Source: Octopus bimaculoides (Eukaryota). From it: a DNA stretch of 64,000 nucleotides. Of the stretch, positions 25,012 to 38,230 are shown piece after piece. Every line of letters begins with the position of its first letter. The stretch's first letter is position 1. Below the pieces are notes generated by a model, which had not been told where the DNA came from, did not search any database, and was given only the letters and a program-made list of their open reading frames with translations. Made by a program: the position numbers and the translations under genes. Location of the stretch: positions 106,784,851 through 106,848,850 of the forward strand of contig NC_068987.1 in the NCBI RefSeq assembly GCF_001194135.2, in the 5' to 3' direction.

Positions 25012-25247
25012 TATTGGGTTGTCCGGAAAGTTCGATCCGATTGTTAACGGAAAGAAAAAGGTCGATAAATACTTGCCATTACATTTTTAATCAACCAAAT
25101 ATGAACCATGTTGTTGCACAATGCGTCTGTCTCCATCTTTCCTTTAACTTGAAAATACCCTTTTCCCAGAATTGAGGTGGTTTCGTGGCAAATAAGTCGA
25201 AAGGTAAGCTACTACAATTCGGCACGAAGTTTCCGGACAACCCAATA
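25012..25247 (-). mobile_element. Mariner-derived MITE (236 bp including both TA target sites)
   Basis: TA-TTGGGTTGTCCGGAAAGTTCG ... CGAAGTTTCCGGACAACCCAA-TA: the TIRs have one mismatch in 21 bp. The interior (minus) keeps the transposase C-terminus FATKPPQFWEKGIFKLKERWR..RIVQQHGSYLVD*. Confidence 0.92.
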
Positions 25248-25464
25248 ATAACAAGTGTTGCAGCCGTGCTGATACAGTCTTTCTCTATTATATTGTCTCT
25301 GTCGGATTATATATATCAGTTTGTATTTTCCTTTTAAGTGCAGTAACAAGGATCTTTAGAAAAATTTCACTGGTATTTCTAGCAAAATCAGCGAGTGACA
25401 ACTGAGACGCGCCCACGAAAGTTGTACGTTGGTGTTATTCCACATATTTCACAATGAAAGCAAT

Positions 25465-25735
25465 TTTTCCTCAGTGGCACCATGCTTTTTCTGTATTTTA
25501 TTTGCTTGAATTTGATGAGATATCTTCTTGAAATGGTTATCAACTTCTTTGTTGATATGGCCTAGGATGCCGATAACAATTGGTGCCACTCTCTGTTTAT
25601 TTGCATTTCTGCATTATTCCTTTACTTTTCTGTGAATTTCAGTCTGTAATATCTTTTGTAGTCTAATAGTTTTGCTATTTCCTTTACATGAATTTTATTG
25701 TCAGCTGGACATGACATATATCGATCGATGTACAG
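25465..25735 (-). mobile_element. Fragment of an RLE-type (R2/R4/NeSL group) non-LTR retrotransposon, restriction-like endonuclease end
   Basis: The minus strand, with frameshifts, reads IDI(S)CPADNKIHVKEIAKLLDYK..EIHRK..RVAPIVIGILGHINK..IQK. This fits the D..CP.D....KE.EK..KY / P.VIG.LG pattern of RLE domains. Confidence 0.75.
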
Positions 25736-25769
25736 CAATTATCATGCTTAAATTTTTAGTGACACTTAT

Positions 25770-26232
25770 CACTGGCATCGTTTTTGCCATCACCATCATC
25801 GTCTTATCGAACTTGCCGTCTGTTTCATCACCATCATCGTCGTAGTCATTGTCATCGTCATCATCACCGTCATCGTCGTCGTCGACGCCGTCGTTGTTAC
25901 CTTCGGCGGTGATGGCGCTGTTGTTGTAATCCTCCTCTCCCCGCTCACTTCACCACATCATCATCATCACAACCAGTGTCATTTAAATATCATTGTTCGA
26001 TACTCCGTCATCATCAGTGATATCGCAATTATTTTCATTGACATCATCAACAAAACGATACGTCTAATATTTAATTTTACAGATGATACTATATAATTAA
26101 ATTCAATAATCATGATATGTAATAGTAGTATTACTCATAATTATTTTCAACGCGTTAAAATTCTGTATATTTTATGAGTGTAACAGCAGCAGCAGCAGCA
26201 GCAGCAGCAACACCACCAGTAGTAGCAACAAC

Positions 26233-26298
<66 letters not shown>

Positions 26299-26305
26299 AT
26301 AAATG

Positions 26306-26344
<39 letters not shown>

Positions 26345-26350
26345 ACAGCA
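25770..26350. repeat. Compound trinucleotide array (CAT/CGT/CAG/TAT/TAG)
   Basis: Read directly; phase-related triplets alternate with short spacers. Confidence 0.85.
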
Positions 26351-29300
26351 GTAAATTCTTTACTTTATCGTAATTAATTCCATGATAGTCCAAAGATTCT
26401 CAGTCGGTGTTTTTTTTTTCCCTTCCATTCAATTAAAGTTATTTTAAGTAAATCGTATGAGCGTTCGTGTGTATATTTACCGCTTTCATTTCTTTCTGTT
26501 GTTCTTAAATTTATATTTAAATCTTATAAATAAGTTGGCTGTTTTCTCACATAGAATCAAATCTCCCTCACTCAAATTTACAAATCGAAAATATATGAAT
26601 CCAAAATAAAAAGTCCTTTTTCTTATTCTTTTATAGTATTCGTTTTGCTTATAAAAGGAATTCTCAGAATATGAATTAACACATCCTTCTTTTGTCTGAA
26701 AACCCTAATGTTTTCTAGTTTAATTCTTAAACACCCGGTATACAAGCATGCATCACAATGACGTTTTTGTACAAATGTAACTGCAAGTGAGAAGAACACA
26801 AGTTGCCTGTGTCCAATGAGTTGTCTATGCGCACCTTCTTGCTCATTGGTGTTTGTTAACAAATATAAAGTCGAAATATTTGGGCAATTAACTGCCACAC
26901 TAAAGCTTGATTTTTGCATTTTCACGTACTAGGTCAATGGGCACTCAAAACATTTAGTGGGAGTTATATTGTTCAAAATAGTTTGATTCAGATTCCGTGT
27001 TACTTCAAGTTCCTAAAGCCCTGATGGAGTCTTTCGTTAGGCTGTTCAAAATTTGAATCCGACTGGTCTGACAGGAAGCTCCGTTGAGGAGCTTCGAAAT
27101 TGAAGCAGCACGTGATTTGAATCTGCTTTGAAAAAGAAACACACACACACAGATTGGTGGTTAGATAGATAGATAGGGAGATAGATAGATAGAGAGATAG
27201 ATAGAGAGAGAGAGAGAAAGAGAGAGAGAGGGAGAGAGAGAGAGAGAGAGAGATTTCAATGTTGGTTTAATTGAGTACATATGTGTATATGTGTATCTGT
27301 ATGCATTAGTGAATGCGTACATGTACGTATTTACGTATGTACGTATGTTTGAATTATGCATTTGTATAAAAGGAAAGTCAGATTTAATAGACATTTAGAT
27401 ATAAAATCTCATGTTATTCGGTGCATTTTTTCTTCGTTCTTCGTTCAAACCTTTCCCGAGTAAATTTAGTCATTCCTTCTTTCTTGGGCCAATAAATAAT
27501 ATAAAAGTTTATTATGTTCGAATTTAATCAGCCATAACGCTCTTCCTAGCAAATATGTAGCCTGTGCCTACATTAAAAATCTATTTTACACAACATGTAA
27601 ATTGATACCATTGTAGTACATTTTTCCATATTCTATATTGAAAATCATTTTCCTCATACATACATATATATAATTGTTCGGTCTACTACCCTCCGTTGTC
27701 CATCTATAAAATGTCTAGTCAGGAAAACTATTTTGATCTTTATGCCTATTTTAAGTGTTAATACACCAATAGTTCGTCTTCTGATAGGTACTAGCAAAAG
27801 TACCATTGTTTTTCTCTCTCCTTATGTACTATACACGTCCGATGCAGTAGATTATTATATCGAGAATAAAAAAATATCTGGAAATACAGATGTAATTTCC
27901 AATTCAGTCTCTCTACTTATCTTTGAGAATAAGCGAGTTATTATGTATCGTAAACTTGCTCAAGTTTATAAAAATATTATTTCGCAGCTGGTAGTTTGAA
28001 TTCTATTCAATTTTTCTGATGAAAACTGCTAGTAGTCCTGAAATAATATGACTATATGACGATATTAAACCTCACATAGTCTTTTTTATTGTCTCCTTCT
28101 ATTGTCCGTGTATGCAACGGACAAGATCTATCTCGCTCAACATATAATTTTGTTATTAACGTATTCAGAGGTGTTGATCCAGAGCTGTGATTATTGCACA
28201 AAGCTGTTATTCTTCTTTTAGACTATAAATATTTTACACATCGATAGTGCGGCTCTCAGTCGAACTACTAGAAATAGCAGCTATGACTCTTTCAAATCAC
28301 ACACTACTATCTCTGCAAAAGGGAGACCATAATAGATACTCAAGGTCTAGCTTAAACAGTAGTTTACAAAATCTAGGATGGTTATAGCATAAATGTCACT
28401 CATCATGCATACGTGTGATTTAGGTCTGAATAACAACATTTATAGAATATAATGAGTTCTTTTTGACAGAAGTGTGAGGCACAATGTGCAAGATTTACAA
28501 CAATTTTGACTTTGAGAAAATATATGTTTTTACAAGTGTTCACTACCATACAAAATCTATATCAACTAAGTAAATGATGTTCTCTAAATGCATTAAACTA
28601 TAATAGCATACTCTGAACACTATTTCCGAAAGTCGTCTCTTTTTTTTTTTTTTTGAGCATATAAAAAACAAATTTAGTTGAGGCAAAATGAGTATGGCAA
28701 GATAAGGAAACTCTGTCCCATCGATTCTCCAGAATTACATTTTAGAAAAGACTTATATACATTAATATCCATTGCAGACGTCAGAACTTCCAAAAATGCA
28801 AGAAAAATTTAAAATATCAGGTCAAATTGTTAGAGGATCAGGGGAAAATTGTACATAATATGAAATTAACGAAGCTGAAATTACTATAACGTCTCAGCAT
28901 AAAACATTCTCTATAACCTATTTACGATCAGCTGGAGTGGTTCCCTTCATGATATATTTTATGCACCATGTAGTTTAAGAGAATAAATTATCGAAGTAAG
29001 TCACTACTCATTTTGCCCCGGCATAGCCGTCAATTTTTGTGAATTGAAAATTGTCAAATTAGACATTAATGTGACAAAAATTGATTTGACGAGAAAAGAA
29101 TAGTGATTGTTAAATACCAAATATTATTCAGATATTTTATTAACAACCTGAATTACAATTGGGTATAATTTGAATCAAATTGGTATTGATAAATGTACCT
29201 GTCACCGGACTATGTTTCAAAACATTTCAACTTTAACAGCAACAGTTAGATTTTACTCCCAAAGATGATGTAACAGTACAAAATGACGATACAATACTTG

Positions 29301-29528
29301 TAATGTAATAGTTTTAAACAAGAAGGGAAAAACTAAGGAGAAATCAGAAACTACTCACTTTACCTCAGTTAATATTTTTGCACCACTGCCCCGAATTTTT
29401 ATATGTTAGAAATACCAACTAAATTCTTATATGACACCCAAGACAGAACAGTTCATTATACAATGAAGTAAGATGGACAACTAGATAGAGAGATAGATAG
29501 GTAGANNNNNNNNNNTATATATATATAT

Positions 29529-29565
<37 letters not shown>

Positions 29566-30441
29566 CGGAGATATACGCAACTACACTCAATCATCAAGTA
29601 TCTATGGCTTTGTTTAGATAAATTTTCCAATACATGCACACATGCTCACTTACACAAATGCATATACATATTAGTATACGTACGCTCATTTAAGCTACAT
29701 TTAACTTTAAAAAAAAATTCATCAGATATGTGATCATTTAAAAAGGCACCTGCCAAAAACACACGTGAATAAACATGAACATTATAGAAACAAAGTTTAT
29801 ATGAAATAAAGAGAAAATATGTTAGACAAAATAAAAAGTAAACAAAATAAATGTATAAGTAGTAACAAAAGTAGTAACGGAAACAAAGTGAAAAAAGAAA
29901 TATGAACAAAATCATGATTGTGATATGTATAGAAAATGAAGGGACAACATAACGAAAAGAAAAAAAAAAGCAGGAGGGATAATTATAGAAGAGAAAGAAA
30001 AGATTTGAAAAGAACGCAATCGGAGAGAAGGTATTTATTTGTGAGTCTCCATGATGGAAAGACCGGTCAATGTGCTTAGGCATCCGTGGAGAGATTGTGT
30101 GTGCGTGTGTTTGAGAGAGTGCGTTTGTGCGTGTGAGTGTGAGAGTGTGTGAGTGACTGAGTGTCTGAGAGACAGTGAGCAAGAGAGAGATGCAAGTTCT
30201 TAAATTAGAGAATGCAAGTAGAAAGATTAAGAAAGCACTGGTAAAATCTGGATTTAGTGTGTATGACTATGTTTGCGTATGTATGCGTGCGTGTGTCTAT
30301 GCACGCGCGCGTGTGCGTGTTTGTAAATACATATTTTGGGGGAGAAAACCAGCTGTTATAGAGTACGAATGCAGAAAAATAGGTAGATGAAAGGAAGAGA
30401 AACGACAAAGTGGTGAACAAAAATACTTATAATATACATAT

Positions 30442-30658
30442 AAGTTGGTGGGGTGGTAGAATCGTTAGCACGCCGGAGAAAGTGCTTAGAGGTATTTTGT
30501 CCGTTTTTACGCTCTTATTTCAAGTTCCGCTGAGGTTGATTTAGATTATCATCCTTTTGGGGTCAATAAAATAAGTACCTGTTGAGCTCTGGGATCGCTG
30601 AAAATCGACCTACACCTTTTCCGAAATTTCTAGTTTTGTGCTAAATTTTAAACTACTA
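30442..30658 (+). mobile_element. SINE-B
   Basis: GGTAGAATCGTTAGCACGCCGG..TGCTTAGAGGTATTTTGTCCG..CATCCTTTTGGGGTCAATAAAATAAGTACC. Confidence 0.85.
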
Positions 30659-30737
30659 TACTACGTGAATGTGTGTGTGCATGATGTAAAAATAATACAT
30701 GTGCGTAAGATGCAGGTCCACACATTTATTCATGAAC

Positions 30738-31330
30738 AGCTCTGTCACCCGAATTTTATGGGCCCCCTGCAACTTTTTGTTTTGTGGCCCCATCAATAAA
30801 ACATCATAATCTACGCACCTTTTATACATAGCTATATTTTACTTTATTCTATCTCAACTTCAATATCTCACGTTATCCTAAAGATTGTCTTTAAAAGAAC
30901 AAGTTAAATTTATTTACCTCTATTACACATTTCAATAACTAAAACTTCCAGATATGAATAAAAGAGCACTTTCATAATCCAGGCAACTTTCAAAGACAAA
31001 CACGGCGCTTATTTCCCTTCGCCAAATCATCGATTAATTCAGAATGATCAAGTTGAGAGCTACGTTCGTGTTCGATAGATATCATTAACGATCCACAAAA
31101 TCTGGTACACTTTTGTGGTACAATGTAATAGTTTTACAAGAACTTTCGCAGGTGCAATGTATTACCATTTTATTTGTTAAAATTTCAGTTAGCATAAATA
31201 ATTTAATTCTTGTTCAACATCTTGATCAAAATAAATAGATGACTTATCTACTTACTTTGATCTTAAGATGGGGCCCCTCGACCGCGGAGGCCTCCTTTCA
31301 CCGAAAGGGTTACAGGGGCTTAACGAAACT
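30738..31330 (-). mobile_element. hAT-derived deletion element retaining a transposase C-terminal stub
   Basis: Minus strand 31079-30990 reads SIEHERSSQLDHSELIDDLAKGNKRRVCL*, like the hAT C-terminal SIE.E...LD...LI..FA..K.RR. GC-rich GGGCCCC blocks lie near both ends (about 30760 and 31270). The exact TIRs are not resolved. Confidence 0.55.
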
Positions 31331-32335
31331 CCTGTGCATGAACGTTGGATATGACTATATGTATACTCACTTACACATGCCTATATAAACACATGCTTAC
31401 ACATTTAGATACACGCACATAGAGGTCTCAAAGATAAGTGAATGTGATTCTAATATATATTTCAATATATGTATGCATGTGTTTTTGTTTATGCGTGTAT
31501 GACTGTACCTTAGATGTTTCAGAAAACCCAAAAAGAAATTCATGTCTCATATGACAGAATAATATCTTTAAAGTAACATGAAAATCGATAAACCCACATC
31601 AGAGGTCTCTCCAATGCTATATCACAAGTACGTGTAAGAAAACAAATCTAAGTCTACACAATTAACTGAATTTATTGAACGAAGAAACGAAATATTTAGC
31701 CTCCGTCCACAAGGTGGATCGCAGAATAGAATGTCTGGCAATTTACCAACCCTTATATTTCATGAAAGGACAAATTTAATCATAGAAATTTTGTTTTAGA
31801 TCACTCAATACCGCTTTATTGACCCGGCGACTATAGAAAATGTGTGATCGGTGGTACATCATACATTTCATCAACAACAATATAATGCAAGCAAGAAACG
31901 TTCTATCTTGAAACAATAGCATTTCAGTCATTAAGTTATTCACTGACTTCCGTAATTACAATGTCTGCGATTTTACACAGACATGACGAAAGTCTATCCT
32001 TCACTAACCAAATCTTGCTTTCGCAAAAGCCTTTGTTTTAGAGCAAGTCTAGTCGTGGTCATACTTGTCTTAAAGATATTGATGATAAAAAAGGCCAGTT
32101 AGTTCTAAGATTAAGTAAATGTGTCTGGATTCAATGAAAGAATACTATTAAAAAAAAAGAACGCATTCATGCACGTCGAATCTATCTTTGATTATCTTTT
32201 ACTGAGTCAAGTCATTGGAACGAGATCAAGCTGGAGCAACACCTGGAAGAGTTTTAGTCGAACAAATTCACCCTGGTACTTATGTCTTTACCAAACCACT
32301 AACAAGCTGTGTGTTGAAAGAAACAAAGGCGCAAA

Positions 32336-32379
<44 letters not shown>

Positions 32380-33482
32380 ACAACAGACACATAACACACA
32401 AACATAACACTAACATATATACATATACGGCTGATTTAAGCGCTACTTGCGTCTGCCAAATTCGCGCACAGCGCATTAGTCGGACCGAGTCTACAGTCGG
32501 TGACACTTTGCCAATGTGTGACGCAGTTGATAGGAGCCCCAAAATGATGTGCTTGTAAAGCAAGCTTCTCAAGAACATAGACATACCTGTTCCTATCTGT
32601 ATACATACTTATACATATACATATGTACATGGTTACTTTAGTGCATAATTGAACATTTTGACGTCCTCGTTTTTTTTTCAACAGATATACACAACAATGG
32701 ATGACTTTCATGCGACTCTAATAATCTCAAATGATATATAACTATCGCACGTATAAAACACAGCAGCGTCACACTAGCTATAACCCCTGGTATTGTATAT
32801 GTGGGCGGTAGCATTGATATGTATATTTATGTATATGTATATATCCTATTATACTTCTTCAACAATTTTATTCCCATAGATAATATATGCACTTCTGTGA
32901 ACGTGTCAAACATATGTAACATACGGAACAAAAGTAATGAGCATAAGTGTACATATATATGCACGAACATGTATACACATATGCCTGTAATACTGAACAA
33001 ATGCACTCTGGTTATGACATGATATTACATTATATGTAATATAAACTTTAGCATCCATATCAATGCATAATCACGCTTCACACCCTGCTGCATGAATGTC
33101 AGATTCCTCAATATTTCTCTTACCTTACATTCGTCATCCACCTGTCATCTCTTTCATGTCTCTCTTATTCCCCCCACCACCATCCCTAACCTACCCTACA
33201 CGGTTCATTCTAACGTATCATTCAGTCTTCTCAAACCTTTTTCTGTATCAGTCATAAGCCTCACTTATTTTTTTTCTTTTGTAACATTTCTCACTTTTCT
33301 TTATTATTTTTAATTGCTTATCCACACATGTATATTTCATAAGATAAGATTTTTTTGTAGTTTTACATATTTCGATGTACATGTAGCCATAGTTATACGT
33401 AACTTGTATGATGCTATTTACCTGCACGGACACGTATATACATATATATATATATATATANNNNNNNNNNNNNNNNNNNNNN

Positions 33483-33540
<58 letters not shown>

Positions 33541-34426
33541 CATGCCCATGTTTTTGCGAGTTAGTTTGTGTATACGCAAGAACAGGTGTTCTACTACATT
33601 CGCGCAGCACACATACACTTGCACACACACATATACCTGCGTGCACACATACACACACATGCATGTATATCTGTGTAAGTATGCATACAGATGCACACAC
33701 AGACACACAGAGAGATAGATAAGTAGATAGATAGACAGACAGGAAAATAGATAGATAGATTGATAATGTACTTTATGAGACATTAAATGTTAGTCTGCAT
33801 CTACAACTATACATAAACTTACCATTTCTCACTAATTTCTCCACTAATATACTTATTTCTTCGCATCTCCTCACTATTAAATCCTTCTTCCAAATCTCCA
33901 AGCACAACGATTTCTATCATGTTTATAAATGCTGTGCTAAATGCTTCTCACGTTACCCCAATGCGAGATATCTAGTCTCATTTCATCGCCAGCCATACAC
34001 GTTGACACAACTCAACACGGTCCTTTTTCCCAAAGATATTTCAAACTTCCTTTCACAATGGACAACATATCGGTTTAATCAGTCATCTTTCATCGACACA
34101 TAATAGTAACGCTTAGGTAATCAACTAGATTGCAGCACACATACACAAATACAATCTCACTTCTTCAGCCTCGCTTTGCGGAATATGTCAATATTCTCAG
34201 CTGTTTCTGCTTCATCTGCGAGCTTTACAAATGAACCGTTCTACACATTGCACCTATGTACGTGTATCAGGAATCGACAGAGCATCCACCATAACGGTTA
34301 CTGTTCTTTCCCTCTTCTCACATTTAAAATGAAACTTCTGTATACAAAGAAATCTTCACCTTACAAAACCACTGTTTGAACGCATAAGTTTTAACGATAA
34401 ATCGAGATTAGTCAGCCACAGTTCAT

Positions 34427-34645
34427 ATTGGTTTCAAATTTGGTCCAAAGCCAGCTATTTCGGGTGTGAGAGCTAGTCGCCTACCCCGACGACAGGGCTC
34501 AGCTGGTACTTATTTCACCGAAACTGAAAGGATGAAAGGCAAAGTCGACCTCGGCGGTGTTTGAACTCAGAACGAACATGATGGACGAAATGCCGCTAAG
34601 CATTTTGCCCATTGTGCTAATAATCCTGCGAGCTGGGCGCCTTAG
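34427..34645 (-). mobile_element. SINE-B, full length
   Basis: CTGGTACTTATTTCACCG..AAAGGATGAAAGGCAAAGTCGACCTCGGCGG..TTTGAACTCAGAACG..GGACGAAATGCCGCTAAGCATTTTGCCC. Confidence 0.9.
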
Positions 34646-35276
34646 CCACTGTTAATATTCAATGGTATTAGAATATAAGAACAGCATCTGAGTCATTGGA
34701 ACAAACCGCAAGTAAATGTACCGGTTTGTTCCGATAAACTATCCTATTAAACAAGCATTTGCACAAACTCGCACATGAGGTGTGTGTGTGTGTGTGTGTG
34801 TTAGAGAGTGTGTGTGTGAGAGAGTGTGTGTTAGTGCGTGCGTGTGCGTATTTGTATGAGTGTCTCCGTGCGTTACTGTGTTGTCTTTATGAAACGAGCG
34901 TCTTGTATATCGCTCTTTTCTCATAATTAATAAGGCTTGATTTCGAAATTATATTTCCTGATTAGTTTTCGATGTTAGTTGGGAATAGTATAGTACTCAA
35001 GAGAAATCAGGTATTTAAAGCTTCTACGTGCTATCTTCCAGTTGAAATTACCACTGCGGTTGTGTAAACCTGCATTTCTATAGCCAGTAAAAGTAATGAC
35101 AATGATGTTTTTGCTACAATGATATTATCATTGGAAGAAAATATTTGAATTTTCCCACATTTCTAACAGAAAGCATTAGGTAGAAAATTGTTGAGCTTAC
35201 ATTCCACTTCGATTCCTTAAAGAAGAAAAGAAGGGAAACTAGCCCCTCACTCTGAACCCAATATACTTATTAAAAA

Positions 35277-35842
35277 TATTAGGTTGTCAAGAAGCTCCTT
35301 GCGGATTTTAACCTTTAAAACTCAGATGCACATATCTCAGCTCAAACAAAAGACTTTATTAATCGAAATAAACACCATCAGAATCAACACACTTTTGCCA
35401 ACGCGAAACAAGTCTATTTATGCCAGTAACGTAAAAGCCATGCATTCTACTGGCGATGAAAGTCATTGAAGGCTTGTTTGGCATCGTCTTGGTTTTTGAA
35501 GCATTTTTCACGCGGGAAGTGGCCAAGATGCTTGAAAAAGTGGTAGTCGGTAGTTGAGAGGTCTGGTGAGTATGGCGGATGAGGCAGAATTTTTTAGCTT
35601 AATTCGTTCAACCTCTGCAGGGTTAGTTGTGTGAGGTTCGGCCGAGCATCGCCGTGGAGAAGAATTGATCCTTTTCTTTTGAAAAATGTTGCCTGTTGTC
35701 GGGGTCACCATGACCTTCTTTCTTTTGGTGCAACTTTGGCTTCGGGAAGTGCCGTGGAGCTTCGTCGGCGTCCAACCACTGAGCTGAGCGTCGCCGGTTG
35801 TCGTAAAGAATCCACTTTTCATCGCAAGTCACAATCCCTGCA
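35277..35842 (-). mobile_element. Mariner (DD34D) relic, 5'-truncated and internally deleted
   Basis: The minus strand reads [30 protein letters not shown], then [37 protein letters not shown], then RLVSRWQKCVDSDGVYFD* (stop 35361-35359). The TIR TA-TTAGGTTGTCAAG starts at 35277. Confidence 0.95.
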
Positions 35843-37124
35843 GACGTGTAGTGTTGTGACAACACACGCGCTCTCACACACACATACACACACAAATCAC
35901 TCACACGCGCACTCACTCACACACATAAACTTTGAATTGACATTAAAAGTCACAAACAATGTAACAGTAATATAAGCCAATAAAAAAAAAGACTACCTCG
36001 TTCTAAATATGAAACCAACAAAATGGAAGTGAAAGGTATGCATGGTTCAGAAATACGTTACTGTACTAAACAAACGCTAACTAATTCAAACGGATGTATG
36101 CAAATAAAATGAGATAACAGTAGTGTTTTCAATAGGATATGATTAAAAGATACAATGTTCCGTACTTACGTACAAACACACACACGTATATCACATGGAT
36201 GATAGCTTGTGCGTGGTTACTTTGCATAATACGTACACATATAAATATATATCTGAATGTGTGTGTGTGGGGGGGACGTGTGTATATTCCTAGCTAACGC
36301 ATGTCAGCGCTTCGGTTTAATAACACTCTTGAACATCAAACAGGACCTGTCAGCTTGAATTAATCTCTACTCTTATGTAAGACTCGGCTAGAAATTATAA
36401 AATGAATCCTTACTGAATTCTGGATATGCCCTAACAATAAATGTATGTATGTACGTATATATATATATATATATATATATNNNNNNNNNNNNNNNNNNNN
36501 NNNNNNNNNNNNNNNNNNNNNNNNNNNNNNNNNNNNNNNNNNNNNNNNNNNNNNNNNNNNNNNNNNNNNNNNNNNNNNNNNNNNNNNNNNNNNNNNNNNN
36601 NNNNNNNNNNNNNNNNNNNNNNNNNNNNNNNNNNNNNNNNNNNNNNNNNNNNNNNNNNNNNNNNNNNNNNNNNNNNNNNNNNNNNNNNNNNNNNNNNNNN
36701 NNNNNNNNNNNNNNNNNNNNNNNNNNNNNNNNNNNNNNNNNNNNNNNNNNNNNNNNNNNNNNNNNNNNNNNNNNNNNNNNNNNNNNNNNNNNNNNNNNNN
36801 NNNNNNNNNNNNNNNNNNNNNNNNNNNNNNNNNNNNNNNNNNNNNNNNNNNNNNNNNNNNNNNNNNNNNNNNNNNNNNNNNNNNNNNNNNNNNNNNNNNN
36901 NNNNNNNNNNNNNNNNNNNNNNNNNNNNNNNNNNNNNNNNNNNNATATATATATATATATATATATATATACGTATATGTATGTATGTATGTAAACGTAT
37001 CATTTTCTCCCTGAGAGAACACAGTATTTAAACTCATCAATAAATTATATTGCCATGGTAACTTTTAATATTATTCCATTCCCTCCCTAGCATCTTCCGC
37101 AGTTTGTCGAATATGACACAAACT

Positions 37125-37400
37125 TAGCAATGATGACAACAGTTATGATGATGATGAGGATGATGTTGTTATGGTGAGTGAAGTGTATGTAGATGGTAGA
37201 CATCTCGGGGTTGGTGGAGATGTTATTTGCAGTATCGTCTTGATCGTGCAGATGATGATGAGGAGGAGGAGGATAATAATAGCAATAATAATAATAATAA
37301 TGATGATGATGATGATAATAATAATAATAATAATAATAATACAAATGCATCATCATCGTCATCGTCGTATTCGTCGTTATCGTTTTCATTATTATTATTA

Positions 37401-37456
<56 letters not shown>

Positions 37457-37490
37457 GCACTCATAATGATTATTGTGTAGCCGATGTTCT

Positions 37491-37523
<33 letters not shown>

Positions 37524-37575
37524 CTGTATGTCGAGAAAGATGGCATTGCCGTAATGATGATAATGATGACGACGG

Positions 37576-37624
<49 letters not shown>

Positions 37625-37700
37625 CGTCGTCGTCGTTGTTGGTGGTGGCGGTGGTGAAGATGAGGACGACGATGATAATGACCACGATGTTGACGTTATA
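37125..37700. repeat. Compound trinucleotide array (GAT/AAT/TAT/GTT/GGT/CGT)
   Basis: Read directly. The overlapping homopolymeric ORFs on both strands are by-products of the repeat. Confidence 0.9.
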
Positions 37701-38230
37701 GTTGTGATAATTGCGATGAAGTTTTCCCAACATCAGTATTTATTTATTCATCAGACCATTGTCAGCGATTTTCTCTTAGTGGTAGGGGTGGTGGTATTGA
37801 TGGTGTGGTTGTCTATGTGTGTGTGTGTGTGTCGTGACGCTGTTAGCGGTCAGTGAGGAAATGTTGTCGTCACACTTCTAATTGTAGCATTGCTAGTGAT
37901 GCAGTAAAACCCAGGGATGGTGTTGGCGTAGCGGGGTTTACAGTCACATTGATGTGGTCTTCGTAATTTCGCTAATATTCATTTATTAGGAATCTAGTTC
38001 AGGATATTCTTGTGTTCTTAAATAGCATCTACTATGCATCCTTCTACTGTGGAGCTGCTGAAATACTTTCTAAATATTGACCCCTTACTTTTACTTAAAT
38101 TTCTTTCTTCAATGACGCCTTTAACAAAATAAAATTCAGTAAATTTAATGCACATTTAAGCAAGAACGTTGCCAGACTCTACAAGTGCAATATCCATCTT
38201 GTTTCATGAGTAGAAATACCCAGATAACTA

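Noticed and set aside
26715-26742. Lone Tc1-like terminus (AAACACCCGGTATA)
   Set aside because: No partner TIR or transposase sequence was found nearby.
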